A stretch of 38,774 nt of DNA, taken from an uncultured Aminicenantes bacterium (GTDB taxonomy: Bacteria; Acidobacteriota; Aminicenantia; UBA2199). Position numbers and translations under genes: made by a program. The stretch lies in NCBI GenBank assembly GCA_965195285.1, contig CBDAFS010000022.1, positions 1 through 38,774 on the forward strand, written 5' to 3'. The notes beneath the pieces are model-generated. The model ran no database searches and was not told the DNA's origin. It was given only the letters and a program-made list of their open reading frames with translations. Positions 26,564 to 36,384 of this stretch are shown piece after piece; position 1 is the stretch's first letter; each line of letters starts with the position of its first letter.

Positions 26564-28498
26564 TTATTTTTTGTTTTTATCGACATCCTCGTATTCGGCG
26601 TCAATCACCTCTCCTTCCTCGGCAGAACCTTCCGGTTTCGCTTCCTGTTGAGCTTGCTGTTGATCGCCCGGCTGGGGACCTTCCTGCCCCGGCTGCTGGC
26701 CGGCATTTTTATACAGTTCGGTGGATAATGTTGAAGTCAACGAATTGATGGCTTCTATCTCCTGTTTCATCCGGGCGGAGTCATCGCTTTTTACCGCCTC
26801 CCTGGCCTTCTTAACCGCATCCTCGGCCTCTGAAACCATATTTTCCGGAATCTTTTCCTTGTTCTCATTGACCAATTTTTCCAGGGCATAGGCCATTTGA
26901 TCCAGCTTGTTCTTATCTTCGATCACTTCCTTTCTCTTTTTGTCCTCTTCGGCATTTTTCTCCGCATCATTGACCATATTCTTGATTTCCTCATCGGACA
27001 GACCACTGGAGGAGGTGATGGTAATGGCCTGCTGTTTATTGGTGGCCAGATCCTTGGCGCTTACATTCAAAATCCCATTGGCATCAATATCAAAGGTGAC
27101 CTCCACCTGAGGGACTCCCCGGGGCGCCGGCAGCATTCCAGTCAAGTGAAACTTACCCAGAGTCCGGTTATCCCGGGCCATTTCGCGTTCTCCCTGCAAT
27201 ATATGAATCTCAACTGTAGGTTGATTGTCTTCGGCCGTGGTAAATACATCTGTTTTTTTGGTTGGTATGGTGGTGTTTCTGTCAATTAACTTATGGGCAA
27301 TACCACCCAGGGTTTCAATTCCCAAAGACAGCGGGGTCACATCCAGCAAAAGGATGTCCTTGGCTTCGCCTCCCATTACGGCTCCCTGTACTGCTGCGCC
27401 TGCCGCCACCACTTCATCGGGATTCACACCCTTATGGGGTTCACGGCCAAAATAATTTTTCACCAGTTCCTGCACTTTGGGAATCCGGGTGGAACCACCC
27501 ACCAGAATGACTTCCTGTATTTCCGAGGTGTTCACACCGGCATCCTTTACCGCCTGTTTACAGGGTGCCAGAGTCCTTTCGATCAGGTCACCCACCAACT
27601 GTTCGAATTTAGAGCGGGACAATTTCATAACCAGATGCTTGGGGCCGGAATTATCGGCTGTGATAAAAGGCAGGTTTATTTCGGTCTCCACGGTATTGGA
27701 TAGTTCGATTTTCGCCTTCTCGGCCGCTTCCTTTAACCGTTGCAGAACCATTTTATCCTTGGAAAGATCAATACCCTGATCCTTTTTGAATTCTTCATTG
27801 ATCCAGTTAATCAATTTTTGATCGAGGTTATCTCCACCCAGATGGGTATCACCATTGGTGGCCTTGACTTCCACGATATTTTCCCCGATTTCCAGAATTG
27901 ATATATCGAAGGTACCGCCGCCAAAATCAAAAACAGCAATCAATTGGTCTTTCTTCTTGTCAAAACCATAGGCCAGTGCAGCAGCAGTGGGTTCGTTGAT
28001 GATTCGCTTGACATTCAGTCCGGCAATTTTTCCCGCATCCTTGGTGGCCTGCCTCTGGGCATCGTTGAAATAAGCCGGGGTGGTAATCACCGCATCGGTA
28101 ATTTTTTCTCCCAGATAATCCTCCGCTGCTTCTTTCAGTTTCTTCAAAATAAGGGCTGAAATCTCAGGCGGAGAATATTGCTTGCCCATGGCTTCAATCC
28201 GGGCATCATTATTGGTGCCCTTGACCACTTTATAGGGTACCATTTTTATCTCTTCAGAAACCTCGGAATAGCGCCGGCCCATGAACCGTTTAATTGAATA
28301 AACCGTATTTTCCGGATTGGTCACAGATTGCCTTTTGGCTACCTGACCCACCAATCGTTCGCCATCTTTGGTAAATCCAACCACAGAAGGCGTGGTCCTT
28401 CCCCCTTCGGAATTGGGTATAATTTTGGGCTCCCCTTTTTCCATTATAGCTACTACCGAGTTTGTCGTTCCCAGGTCAATACCGATTATTTTTCCCAT
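26564..28498 (-). CDS. dnaK: Chaperone DnaK (Hsp70)
   Basis: [51 protein letters not shown] tail. Confidence 0.98.
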   Translation of the reverse strand: MGKIIGIDLGTTNSVVAIMEKGEPKIIPNSEGGRTTPSVVGFTKDGERLVGQVAKRQSVTNPENTVYSIKRFMGRRYSEVSEEIKMVPYKVVKGTNNDARIEAMGKQYSPPEISALILKKLKEAAEDYLGEKITDAVITTPAYFNDAQRQATKDAGKIAGLNVKRIINEPTAAALAYGFDKKKDQLIAVFDFGGGTFDISILEIGENIVEVKATNGDTHLGGDNLDQKLINWINEEFKKDQGIDLSKDKMVLQRLKEAAEKAKIELSNTVETEINLPFITADNSGPKHLVMKLSRSKFEQLVGDLIERTLAPCKQAVKDAGVNTSEIQEVILVGGSTRIPKVQELVKNYFGREPHKGVNPDEVVAAGAAVQGAVMGGEAKDILLLDVTPLSLGIETLGGIAHKLIDRNTTIPTKKTDVFTTAEDNQPTVEIHILQGEREMARDNRTLGKFHLTGMLPAPRGVPQVEVTFDIDANGILNVSAKDLATNKQQAITITSSSGLSDEEIKNMVNDAEKNAEEDKKRKEVIEDKNKLDQMAYALEKLVNENKEKIPENMVSEAEDAVKKAREAVKSDDSARMKQEIEAINSLTSTLSTELYKNAGQQPGQEGPQPGDQQQAQQEAKPEGSAEEGEVIDAEYEDVDKNKK

Positions 28499-28578
28499 TT
28501 TTTTCTCCTTTATTCTATTTTTACATTAAGTGATTTCATAACAACCCGAAATCTATTTTCACATTTAAATGTAATATA

Positions 28579-28656
28579 AATATACAGTATTTTTCTTTTG
28601 ATGTCAACAATCTTATAACATTTTTATAAAAAAAACTTTAGTCTGGTATTGTCAAC
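28579..28656 (-). promoter_or_regulatory. dnaK promoter and HAIR-like (HspR) operator
   Basis: TTGACA (28607-28602)-N17-TATATT (28584-28579); CTTTAGT-N7-TGTCAAC (28636-28656) resembles HAIR CTTGAGT-N7-ACTCAAG. Confidence 0.5.
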
Positions 28657-28700
28657 ATTGAATAATTTAAGAAGGCGACCCGGTTACAATAAAAGGAAAA

Positions 28701-30704
28701 TTACCCGGAAACCAGTTTGTCAATCAGGTTTTCTTCGGCAACATAAGGAAGGGTGATATGTCCGCGGGTATCGTTGCGTTGATTCCACTCCGCTGCCACT
28801 TCAAGGGCATTCTCATTCCTGGCCCAGCTGCGCCGGGAAATCCCATTGATCACATCCCACTCCATGGCCGATCTGATGATTTCATCTTTGCGGGAACTTC
28901 CATCCAGGACCAGACCAAAACCACCGTTAAAAGCCTTGCCCACACCAACACCGCCTCCATTGGAAAGCACCACCATGGACATGCCGCGGACCGCATCTCC
29001 CACAAAATTTTGAATGGCCATATCAGCCGTTATATTGCTGCCATCCTTGATGTTGGCTGTTTCCCGGAAGGGTGAATCCGTACCGGAGACATCATGATGA
29101 TCCCGGCCAATCATGACCGGACCAATTTCGCCTTTTCTGACCATCCGGTTAAACCTCAGGGCAATGGCCACCCTGCCCCCGGCATCCGAATACAGAATTC
29201 TGGCCTTGGTTCCAACTACCAGGTTATAGGTCCGGGCATTTTTTATCCATTCGTAGTTGTCCCGGTCCATTCCTCTCCGTTCAGGATCAATACAGTTCAT
29301 GGCTGCCCCATCGGTTTTGATGAGATCCGCTTCCTGGCCGGACAGACATACCCAGCGAAAGGGCCCGTATCCAAAGTCAAAACACATGGGACCCATGATA
29401 TGTTCCACATAACTAGGGTAGATGAATCCCCCGGCCGGATCATCCGCTTTCTTCGCCACCTCGGTGATCCCGGCATCATAAACCGCCTTTAGAAATGAAT
29501 TCCCATAATCCCAGAAATGAGTTCCCTTCCGGGTCAAGGATTGAATGAAACCATACTGCTTTTTCAAAGAGGCATCCACCATCTGTCTGAATTGATCCGG
29601 ATTCTCTTTGAGCAACCTGCGTCCCTCATCAAAACTGACTCCTGCCGGTGTATATCCTCCCCCGTAAGCATCATGACAGGATGTCTGGTCGGATGCGAGT
29701 TCAACCGGAATATTGTTTTTGTCCAGGTAATCCCACAAATCCACTACATTGCCATGATAGGCAATGGAGACCGGGTCCTTGCTCTTTCGATATGATTCTA
29801 TCCAGCCGGCGATCTGGTCCAGGTTATCAGAAATTTTCGAAACCCATCCCTGCTGTTTCCGGGTTTCAATCCGAGAATAATCAACTTCTGCAATGATACC
29901 GATGCCGCCGGTAATCTCAACCGCCCTGGCCTGGGCACCGCTCATGCCACCCAGACCTGAACTCACATACAGAACACCGGCCAGGTTATGGCTCTGGGGA
30001 ATCCCCAGATACAACCGGCCTGCATTTAACAGGGTGAGATAAGTGCCGTGTACGATTCCCTGAGGCCCTATATACATCCAGCCCCCGGCGGTCATCTGGC
30101 CATAATTGGACACCCCCATGGCAGCAGCGGTATGAAAACTTTCAAGATTGTCATACAAACCCACCAGCATTCCATTGGTTGAAATAACCCGGGGCGCATC
30201 AGGACCGGCGGGAAACAGACCCAGTGGGTGGCCTGAGTAGATCACCAGAGTCTGATCGTTCCTCATCTCCTGCAGGTATTTCCGGGTCAGACAGTATTGC
30301 ATCCAGTTCTGGAATACCTGTCCGGACTCCCCGTAAGTGACCAGTTCATATGGATACAGCGCCACTTCAAAATCAAGATTGTTGTCAATCATCACCTGAA
30401 AAGCCTTGGCCTCAATGATTCGTCCCGGGTATTCATTCACCGGAAGGGCTTTGATGTGACCCTGGGGGCGGTACCGGTACCCGTAAATTCTCCCCCGGTT
30501 TCTTAATTCATCCAGAAACTCAGGGGCTATCTCCTCATGCAGGTGAGTCGGAATATATCTCAGGGCATTCCGTAGAGCTACCCGGGTCTGTTCCGGGGTC
30601 AAATTAAAACCCCGGTCCGGGGCCCTCCGGATACCATCCACAAATGTTTTCTGGGAAGGAAGCCGGTCGGGTAAAGTAAATTGTCGAGAGATCTTTTCAA
30701 CCAT
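28701..30704 (-). CDS. hutU: Urocanate hydratase (long form)
   Basis: NNLD.EVA.YP.ELVTYG, YGQMTAGGWMYIGPQGIVHGT, SDQTSCH, GRDHHD.SGTDSPFRET. Confidence 0.96.
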   Translation of the reverse strand: MVEKISRQFTLPDRLPSQKTFVDGIRRAPDRGFNLTPEQTRVALRNALRYIPTHLHEEIAPEFLDELRNRGRIYGYRYRPQGHIKALPVNEYPGRIIEAKAFQVMIDNNLDFEVALYPYELVTYGESGQVFQNWMQYCLTRKYLQEMRNDQTLVIYSGHPLGLFPAGPDAPRVISTNGMLVGLYDNLESFHTAAAMGVSNYGQMTAGGWMYIGPQGIVHGTYLTLLNAGRLYLGIPQSHNLAGVLYVSSGLGGMSGAQARAVEITGGIGIIAEVDYSRIETRKQQGWVSKISDNLDQIAGWIESYRKSKDPVSIAYHGNVVDLWDYLDKNNIPVELASDQTSCHDAYGGGYTPAGVSFDEGRRLLKENPDQFRQMVDASLKKQYGFIQSLTRKGTHFWDYGNSFLKAVYDAGITEVAKKADDPAGGFIYPSYVEHIMGPMCFDFGYGPFRWVCLSGQEADLIKTDGAAMNCIDPERRGMDRDNYEWIKNARTYNLVVGTKARILYSDAGGRVAIALRFNRMVRKGEIGPVMIGRDHHDVSGTDSPFRETANIKDGSNITADMAIQNFVGDAVRGMSMVVLSNGGGVGVGKAFNGGFGLVLDGSSRKDEIIRSAMEWDVINGISRRSWARNENALEVAAEWNQRNDTRGHITLPYVAEENLIDKLVSG

Positions 30705-30793
30705 TGTACCTCCTTTAAATCTGGACCATCAAACTGATTCCGGTAACACCTATATCCGGGAATAAAAATTCCTGATCAGATTCACAGGATAAA

Positions 30794-30821
30794 AATATAT
30801 CAGAACCAACCGTATTGTCAA
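30794..30821 (-). promoter_or_regulatory. hutU promoter
   Basis: TTGACA-N16-TATATT with TGn extended -10. Confidence 0.5.
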
Positions 30822-31011
30822 GGTTATCTTAAGTGCATCCCGGAATCCGGATTCCTCCTCCACCGGCCGCCAAAAACCGGTAATAAATCCCGAACAATTT
30901 CAATTTATTTTTTACACTTGTAAATTTTGAATAAATATGTAATATATAATAGTATAATATAGATTAAGAGCAGGAAGAATTGCTCATAAACAAGAAAAAA
31001 AAGGAGGTTAC

Positions 31012-31995
31012 ATGTCAGATAATGTCATTGATTTTCAAAAAATGCCCAAATTGAAACCCAAAACCATTGCCATCATTGTCGTGGTATTATTGATCGTGAT
31101 TGCTGCCTTTTCCAGTTTCTACATGGTTGACCAGAAAGAACAGGCCGTGGTGTTGCTTTTCGGAAAATTCAACCGCATCACCGAACCCGGATTGCACTTT
31201 AAACTCCCCTTCGGAATCGAAAAAAACTTCAACGTTCCCACCCAGAGAATATTAAAGGAAGAATTTGGCTTTCGCACCGAAGAAGCAGGGATCGCCACCC
31301 GTTATTCAAGCCGGGATTATTCCGAAGAATCCATCATGCTCACCGGTGATCTCAATATTATCGATGTACAGTGGATCATTCAGTATCAGATCGTGGAGCC
31401 CATGAACTGGCTGTTTAAAGTGGAAAACCAGAGAAAGACCATCAGAGATATCTCCCAGTCAGTCTGCAACCTGCTGGTCGGAGACAGAACCATATTCGAT
31501 GTTATCGGAAGTGAACGAACCAATATCGAACAGAAAGGCCGGGAAATGATGAACAAATTCTTTAAACTGTATGAACTCGGTGCCCGGGTCACCACAGTCA
31601 GGCTGCAGGATATTGTTCCACCCAAAGGAGCGGTCCAGGACGCCTTTGAAGATGTCAACAAATCCATCCAGGACTTGAACCGTCTGATCAACGAAGGTAA
31701 GGAAGCCTATAACAACACCATCCCCAAAGCTCGGGGCCAGGCCAAACAGGTCATTCAGGCTGCCCAAGGATATGCGACCCAAAAAGTCAACAAAGCCAAA
31801 GGTGATATTGCCAGATTTTTAGCCGTATACGGCGAATACCGAAAAAATCCGAAAATCACCCGTACCAGACTTTACTATGAAATGATAGAGGACGTTTTCA
31901 AAGAAACCCAGAATACAGACCTGATAGACAAAAATTTAAAAAATTTCATTCCATTCAAATCGCTAACCAAGGACAAGCAGGGAGGTGAACAATGA
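31012..31995 (+). CDS. hflK: FtsH protease modulator HflK
   Basis: SPFH domain, MLTGDLNI, VQDAFEDVN, IPKARGQA, TRTRLYYE. Confidence 0.92.
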   Translation: MSDNVIDFQKMPKLKPKTIAIIVVVLLIVIAAFSSFYMVDQKEQAVVLLFGKFNRITEPGLHFKLPFGIEKNFNVPTQRILKEEFGFRTEEAGIATRYSSRDYSEESIMLTGDLNIIDVQWIIQYQIVEPMNWLFKVENQRKTIRDISQSVCNLLVGDRTIFDVIGSERTNIEQKGREMMNKFFKLYELGARVTTVRLQDIVPPKGAVQDAFEDVNKSIQDLNRLINEGKEAYNNTIPKARGQAKQVIQAAQGYATQKVNKAKGDIARFLAVYGEYRKNPKITRTRLYYEMIEDVFKETQNTDLIDKNLKNFIPFKSLTKDKQGGEQ

Positions 31996-32984
31996 AAAAC
32001 ATCAAAATAATCGCCATCGTCGTAGCAGTATTGATTGTCCTGTTTTTGTTGCTGGGACCCTTTTTCATGGTACAGGAAGGCGAACTGGCCGTGGTGGTCC
32101 GCTTCGGAAAGATCGAAAAGGTGGAAACCACACCTGGCTTGAAGTTAAAGGTTCCTATTGTGGATCAAGTCACCAAATATCCCAAAAAGATTCAATCCTG
32201 GGACGGAGATTCGGAATTGCTTCCAACCGAAGAGAGTCAGTTTATCTGGGTGGATGCCACTGCCCGCTGGAAGATAACCGATTTGAAATTGTTTTACGAA
32301 TCAGTGGGAACCATTACCCAGGCCCAATCGCGGCTGGATGATGTGATCGATTCCACTATCCGGAATATCATTGCCCGGAATTCACTGAGGGAAGCGGTTC
32401 GCAATTCCAATATCATCAACCAGATCGAGAGAAAAGATGTATTCAAGACCCAGGCCGGAATCGATGAAGAAGCGGACACAGAGATTTCGGTTTTTTCCAC
32501 CTTCACCGACATCAAATACGATGAAATCCATGAAGGTCGGGAAAAGTTATCCGACTTCATGCTCAGTCAAGCCAAGGAGGTTACTCCTCAGTACGGCATT
32601 GAGCTGATCGATATCATCATCAGACAAATCAAATATTCCGATGATCTGACACGAAGTGTGTACAACCGGATGATCAAAGAGAGAAATCAGATTGCCCAGG
32701 CTTTTCGTTCAGAGGGTGAAGGTGAAAAAGCCGAATGGATGGGTAAACTGGAAAAGGAACTGCTGTCCATTCAATCCGATGCCGAAAGACAGGCCAAAGA
32801 AATAAAATCCAAGGCCGACGCCGAATCGCTGATGATTCGAAACCGGGCCTACAACAGAGATATCGAATTTGCCGATTTCTGGATGGCATTGGTTCAGTAC
32901 CAGAAAATTCTTCCCAAGATGAAAAAAATCCTGACCACCGACCTGGAATTCTTCAAATATCTCTACAATAAACTAGGGAGATAA
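31992..32984 (+). CDS. hflC: FtsH protease modulator HflC
   Basis: SPFH domain, VDATARWKI, VYNRMIKER.QIA..FRSEGEG; 4-bp overlap with hflK. Confidence 0.92.
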   Translation: MKNIKIIAIVVAVLIVLFLLLGPFFMVQEGELAVVVRFGKIEKVETTPGLKLKVPIVDQVTKYPKKIQSWDGDSELLPTEESQFIWVDATARWKITDLKLFYESVGTITQAQSRLDDVIDSTIRNIIARNSLREAVRNSNIINQIERKDVFKTQAGIDEEADTEISVFSTFTDIKYDEIHEGREKLSDFMLSQAKEVTPQYGIELIDIIIRQIKYSDDLTRSVYNRMIKERNQIAQAFRSEGEGEKAEWMGKLEKELLSIQSDAERQAKEIKSKADAESLMIRNRAYNRDIEFADFWMALVQYQKILPKMKKILTTDLEFFKYLYNKLGR

Positions 32985-33078
32985 ACACCACCGGACCCAG
33001 TTCTATTCAACCTCGAGACTTTTTTCTCTGTTCCATTAGCAGTCGGAATTTTCCAGTAAATCAGTGTACCATACTCAA

Positions 33079-33729
33079 ATGAAAAATAGAGAAAAAAGAA
33101 ATTTGGACCCCATCTGGCCGGTACTGGCCGGGGTTGAACTACTTTTACTGATCACCTGCATCCTCTGCTGGATAAAGGGTAGTAACCAGCGACTGGCCAT
33201 TCTCATCATTCTATACAAAACCATGGGCCTGGCAGCCAGTATTTTCCTGGTTCTGGGAGAGCTGGGCCACAAAATTTTCGACCGGGTCTGTATCCGGAGT
33301 GAACGCTTTGACTGTCATGCGGTCATGGAATCCCCAGCCGCAAAATTAATGGGCCGGATACCCATGGCCGACCTGGGGGTCATCTATTTTTCCGGAGGAA
33401 TTATCCTGATCGGATTTTCAGTGGTAAATCCCTATTTCTTTGATCAGATATTTCTATTAGCGGTATTGAACCTGCTGACCCTGCCCTATACATTATTTTC
33501 CATCTCTTACCAGGGCCTGGTGATTAAAAAATGGTGCTCGCTGTGTTTGATTATTCAACTCACTTTCTGGTTGGAATTTTTTCATTTTTATTCATTTCTG
33601 ACTGCCGGGGTTCCCCGGTTCAGGGTGGAGGATTTTTTGCCAATGGTCTGGAGTTTCGGATTGCCGGTGTTGTTCTGGCTGCTGTTCCGGCCGGTCCTGC
33701 AAAAATCCATTCAGGTTAAAAAAAGTTAA
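33079..33729 (+). CDS. Vitamin K epoxide reductase (VKOR) family membrane protein
   Basis: Loop cysteines VCIRSERFDCHAVM.S, YQ.....WCSLC (CxxC), multiple TM helices. Confidence 0.85.
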   Translation: MKNREKRNLDPIWPVLAGVELLLLITCILCWIKGSNQRLAILIILYKTMGLAASIFLVLGELGHKIFDRVCIRSERFDCHAVMESPAAKLMGRIPMADLGVIYFSGGIILIGFSVVNPYFFDQIFLLAVLNLLTLPYTLFSISYQGLVIKKWCSLCLIIQLTFWLEFFHFYSFLTAGVPRFRVEDFLPMVWSFGLPVLFWLLFRPVLQKSIQVKKS

Positions 33730-33745
33730 TCCCTATAACCGGCAA

Positions 33746-35998
33746 TCATTTCCGTATCCGGGGCAGTTTCCCCTCCGGATCTAGGTTTGTTTTTTTCAAC
33801 CGCAAAGAATTGGAGACGACATTAATGGAACTGGAGGCCATGGCAATCTCGGCAATCACGGGATGCAGGAAGCCTATCATGGCCATTGGAATGGCAATCA
33901 GGTTGTAGAAAAAGGCCCAGAAGAGATTTTGCTTGATTTTCCGGAAAATGGCATTGGCCAGTAGAATAGCCTTGACCACCTCAGTCAAACTGCCCCTGAC
34001 CAGAGTGATATCACCGGCCTCAATGGCAATGTCCGCTCCACTTCCGATGGCAATGCCCACATCCGCTTGTTTCAGAGCCGGGGCATCATTGATGCCATCT
34101 CCCACCATGGCCACCCGGTGGCCTCGGTCCTGAAGCTCCCGGATAAATGCATGTTTGTCCCGGGGTAGCACCCGGGAGCGAACTTCTGTAATCCCCACCT
34201 GGCGAGCAATGGCCTGGGCAGTGCCCGGATTATCCCCGGTGAGCATGACTACCCGGATCCCCATATTCATCATCTGGCTGATCGCCCGGACCGAATCCGG
34301 TTTGATGGTGTCGGCAATAGCCACAAAACCCAGCACCCGGTTTTGATTTCCCAGTGCCACAATGGTTTTACCCTCGACTTCAAAGGGTCCGGCTTCTGAT
34401 CTTAAACTATCGGTTTTGACACCCTTTTCAGCCAAAAAATCCGGACTGCCGGCAAAATAGGCAATGCCATTAACCATTGTCTGAACCCCCTTGCCGCTTA
34501 CCGCCTCGAAACCCGTGCTGTCAGGAATTTTAAGACCCCGTTTCATTGCCTGGTCAACTATGGCAGTGGCCAGGGGATGTTCGGAATATTTCTCACAGGT
34601 AGCCAGCAATACCAAAAACTCGGGTTCCGGCACACGACTCACCACATCGACCACCCGGGGCTGCCCATGGGTAATGGTTCCGGTTTTATCCAGCAGGATC
34701 GTATCCACATCCTTGATGGTCTGTATGGCCGCCCCATCGCGGATCAGGATTCCCCTCTGAGCCCCCAGACCGCTGCCTACCATCAGGGCAGTTGGTGTGG
34801 CCAGCCCCAGTGCGCATGGACAGGCAATCACCAGAGTGGCAATGGATGCAAAAACAGCCAGGGAAAGCCTGCCCAATTCCGGATTGATCCATGGAATCCA
34901 CTGTTTACCACATATCAGCAGGTCTTTACCCAGTTCCGGAAATAATAACCAGAAGAAAAAAACCCCCAGAGAAATGGCCAGAATAACCGGTACAAACGCA
35001 CCGATCACCCGGTCGGCAAATTCCTGAATGGGTATTTTACTGCCCTGAGCCTCTTCGACCAGCTGAATGATCTGGGAGAGAAAAGTGTCCCGCCCCACCT
35101 TGGTCACCCGGGCCTTGACCATTCCCTGTCGGTTGAGGGTACCCCCCAGCAGTTCGTCGCCTACTCCTTTATTCACCGGCAGGGACTCCCCGGTGGCCAT
35201 GGATTCGTCCAGACTGGTGGTTCCCTCGACAATGGTTCCATCGGTGGGAATCTTGGCCCCGGGCCGGATGACCATGACATCTCCGATTTCGAGATTTTCG
35301 ACTGCGACCGTTTTTTCTTCACCGTTTACCAGTATGGTGGCTTCCTTGGCCCCCAGCTCCAACAGTTTTCGGATGGCTGCCGAGGCTTTTCCCCGGGCCG
35401 CGCTCTCCAGATACTTCCCGATCAGATGAAAGCCCATGATCATGGCCCCGACCAGGGCAAAATTTGAAATCTTGACCCCGGCCAATCCCAGGATCCCGGT
35501 CAGGTATGACGCCAGTGTACCCAGTGCAATCAGTACATCCATGTTGGGCGTCCGGTGAAACAGGGCCCGGAGAGCGGCTCTCAATACCCTCCGGCCGATA
35601 ATGAAAATGACCGGAAAGGCCAGCAGCATTTCCAGCAGGTGCCAGTGGGGAATAGGTAAGAACCCGGTCATTACCAGGATCATCAATAGCGAGGCCGGGC
35701 CGGTGATCACCCAGGCCCAGATCAATTCCTTCCGGGCTATCCGGGCTTTTTCCTCTGCTGAGCGCCCCGCTTTATCCTCCAGGATCAGCTTATAACCGAT
35801 TTGGGATATTTTATGAGCCAGGTCACTCAGGTTGAACTCATCCTGATCAACAAAAAAAGTGACCTTTTCCGTGGTCAGATTGACCCGGGCATCTGAAATT
35901 CCCGGTTGCTTTTTGATGGTCTTTTCGACCCGGAGCGAACAGGCCGCACAAGTCATTCCCTCCACCCGGAGACTGAACTTCTTCTTTCCTGGAGCCAT
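33746..35998 (-). CDS. copA: Cu(I)-translocating P1B-type ATPase
   Basis: GMTCAAC, TGES, CPCALGLATP, DKTGT, SEHPL, GDGINDAP, YN and MASSS. Confidence 0.95.
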   Translation of the reverse strand: MAPGKKKFSLRVEGMTCAACSLRVEKTIKKQPGISDARVNLTTEKVTFFVDQDEFNLSDLAHKISQIGYKLILEDKAGRSAEEKARIARKELIWAWVITGPASLLMILVMTGFLPIPHWHLLEMLLAFPVIFIIGRRVLRAALRALFHRTPNMDVLIALGTLASYLTGILGLAGVKISNFALVGAMIMGFHLIGKYLESAARGKASAAIRKLLELGAKEATILVNGEEKTVAVENLEIGDVMVIRPGAKIPTDGTIVEGTTSLDESMATGESLPVNKGVGDELLGGTLNRQGMVKARVTKVGRDTFLSQIIQLVEEAQGSKIPIQEFADRVIGAFVPVILAISLGVFFFWLLFPELGKDLLICGKQWIPWINPELGRLSLAVFASIATLVIACPCALGLATPTALMVGSGLGAQRGILIRDGAAIQTIKDVDTILLDKTGTITHGQPRVVDVVSRVPEPEFLVLLATCEKYSEHPLATAIVDQAMKRGLKIPDSTGFEAVSGKGVQTMVNGIAYFAGSPDFLAEKGVKTDSLRSEAGPFEVEGKTIVALGNQNRVLGFVAIADTIKPDSVRAISQMMNMGIRVVMLTGDNPGTAQAIARQVGITEVRSRVLPRDKHAFIRELQDRGHRVAMVGDGINDAPALKQADVGIAIGSGADIAIEAGDITLVRGSLTEVVKAILLANAIFRKIKQNLFWAFFYNLIAIPMAMIGFLHPVIAEIAMASSSINVVSNSLRLKKTNLDPEGKLPRIRK

Positions 35999-36009
35999 TG
36001 TATTTCCGT

Positions 36010-36228
36010 TCAGCCGGAATCACGCTCTATATTTCCTATCTTATATCCCTGGTTCTCAATGGCTCCGATAACCGGCCCGAGATCATACCCCTCCCGAACC
36101 TTGAATTCCGCCTGGCCGATTTTCACCTTCAAATCCTCGATCCCATCAAGGCTTTCAAAAGCCCGGTTCACGGCTGTCACACAGTGTTGGCAGGACATGC
36201 CTTCTATAACCAATATCACTTTTTTCAT
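36010..36228 (-). CDS. copZ: HMA copper chaperone
   Basis: GMSCQHC; GGAGG RBS before ATG 36228; directly upstream of copA. Confidence 0.9.
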   Translation of the reverse strand: MKKVILVIEGMSCQHCVTAVNRAFESLDGIEDLKVKIGQAEFKVREGYDLGPVIGAIENQGYKIGNIERDSG

Positions 36229-36384
36229 ATATCCTCCCGGGATTAAACACAATCAATATTATAATTGCATATTTGCCTTTTTTCCACTATATTATATTTC
36301 TTGTTTGAAATAATTGTGGTTCCGGAACTGGAATACTGCTTAAACTGAGCAGAACCGACCATTTATATGTAATAAAGAAGAATA

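Noticed and set aside
26620-26705. Gln/Pro/Gly-rich quasi-repeat at the dnaK 3' end
   Set aside because: Ordinary disordered DnaK tail
26897-35795. Many antisense or alternate-frame ORFs over dnaK, hutU, hflKC and copA
   Set aside because: Shadow ORFs of conserved genes with no recognisable motifs
36229-36384. CsoR, CopY or CueR operator upstream of copZA
   Set aside because: No convincing match to those operator patterns; only AT-rich -10-like sequences
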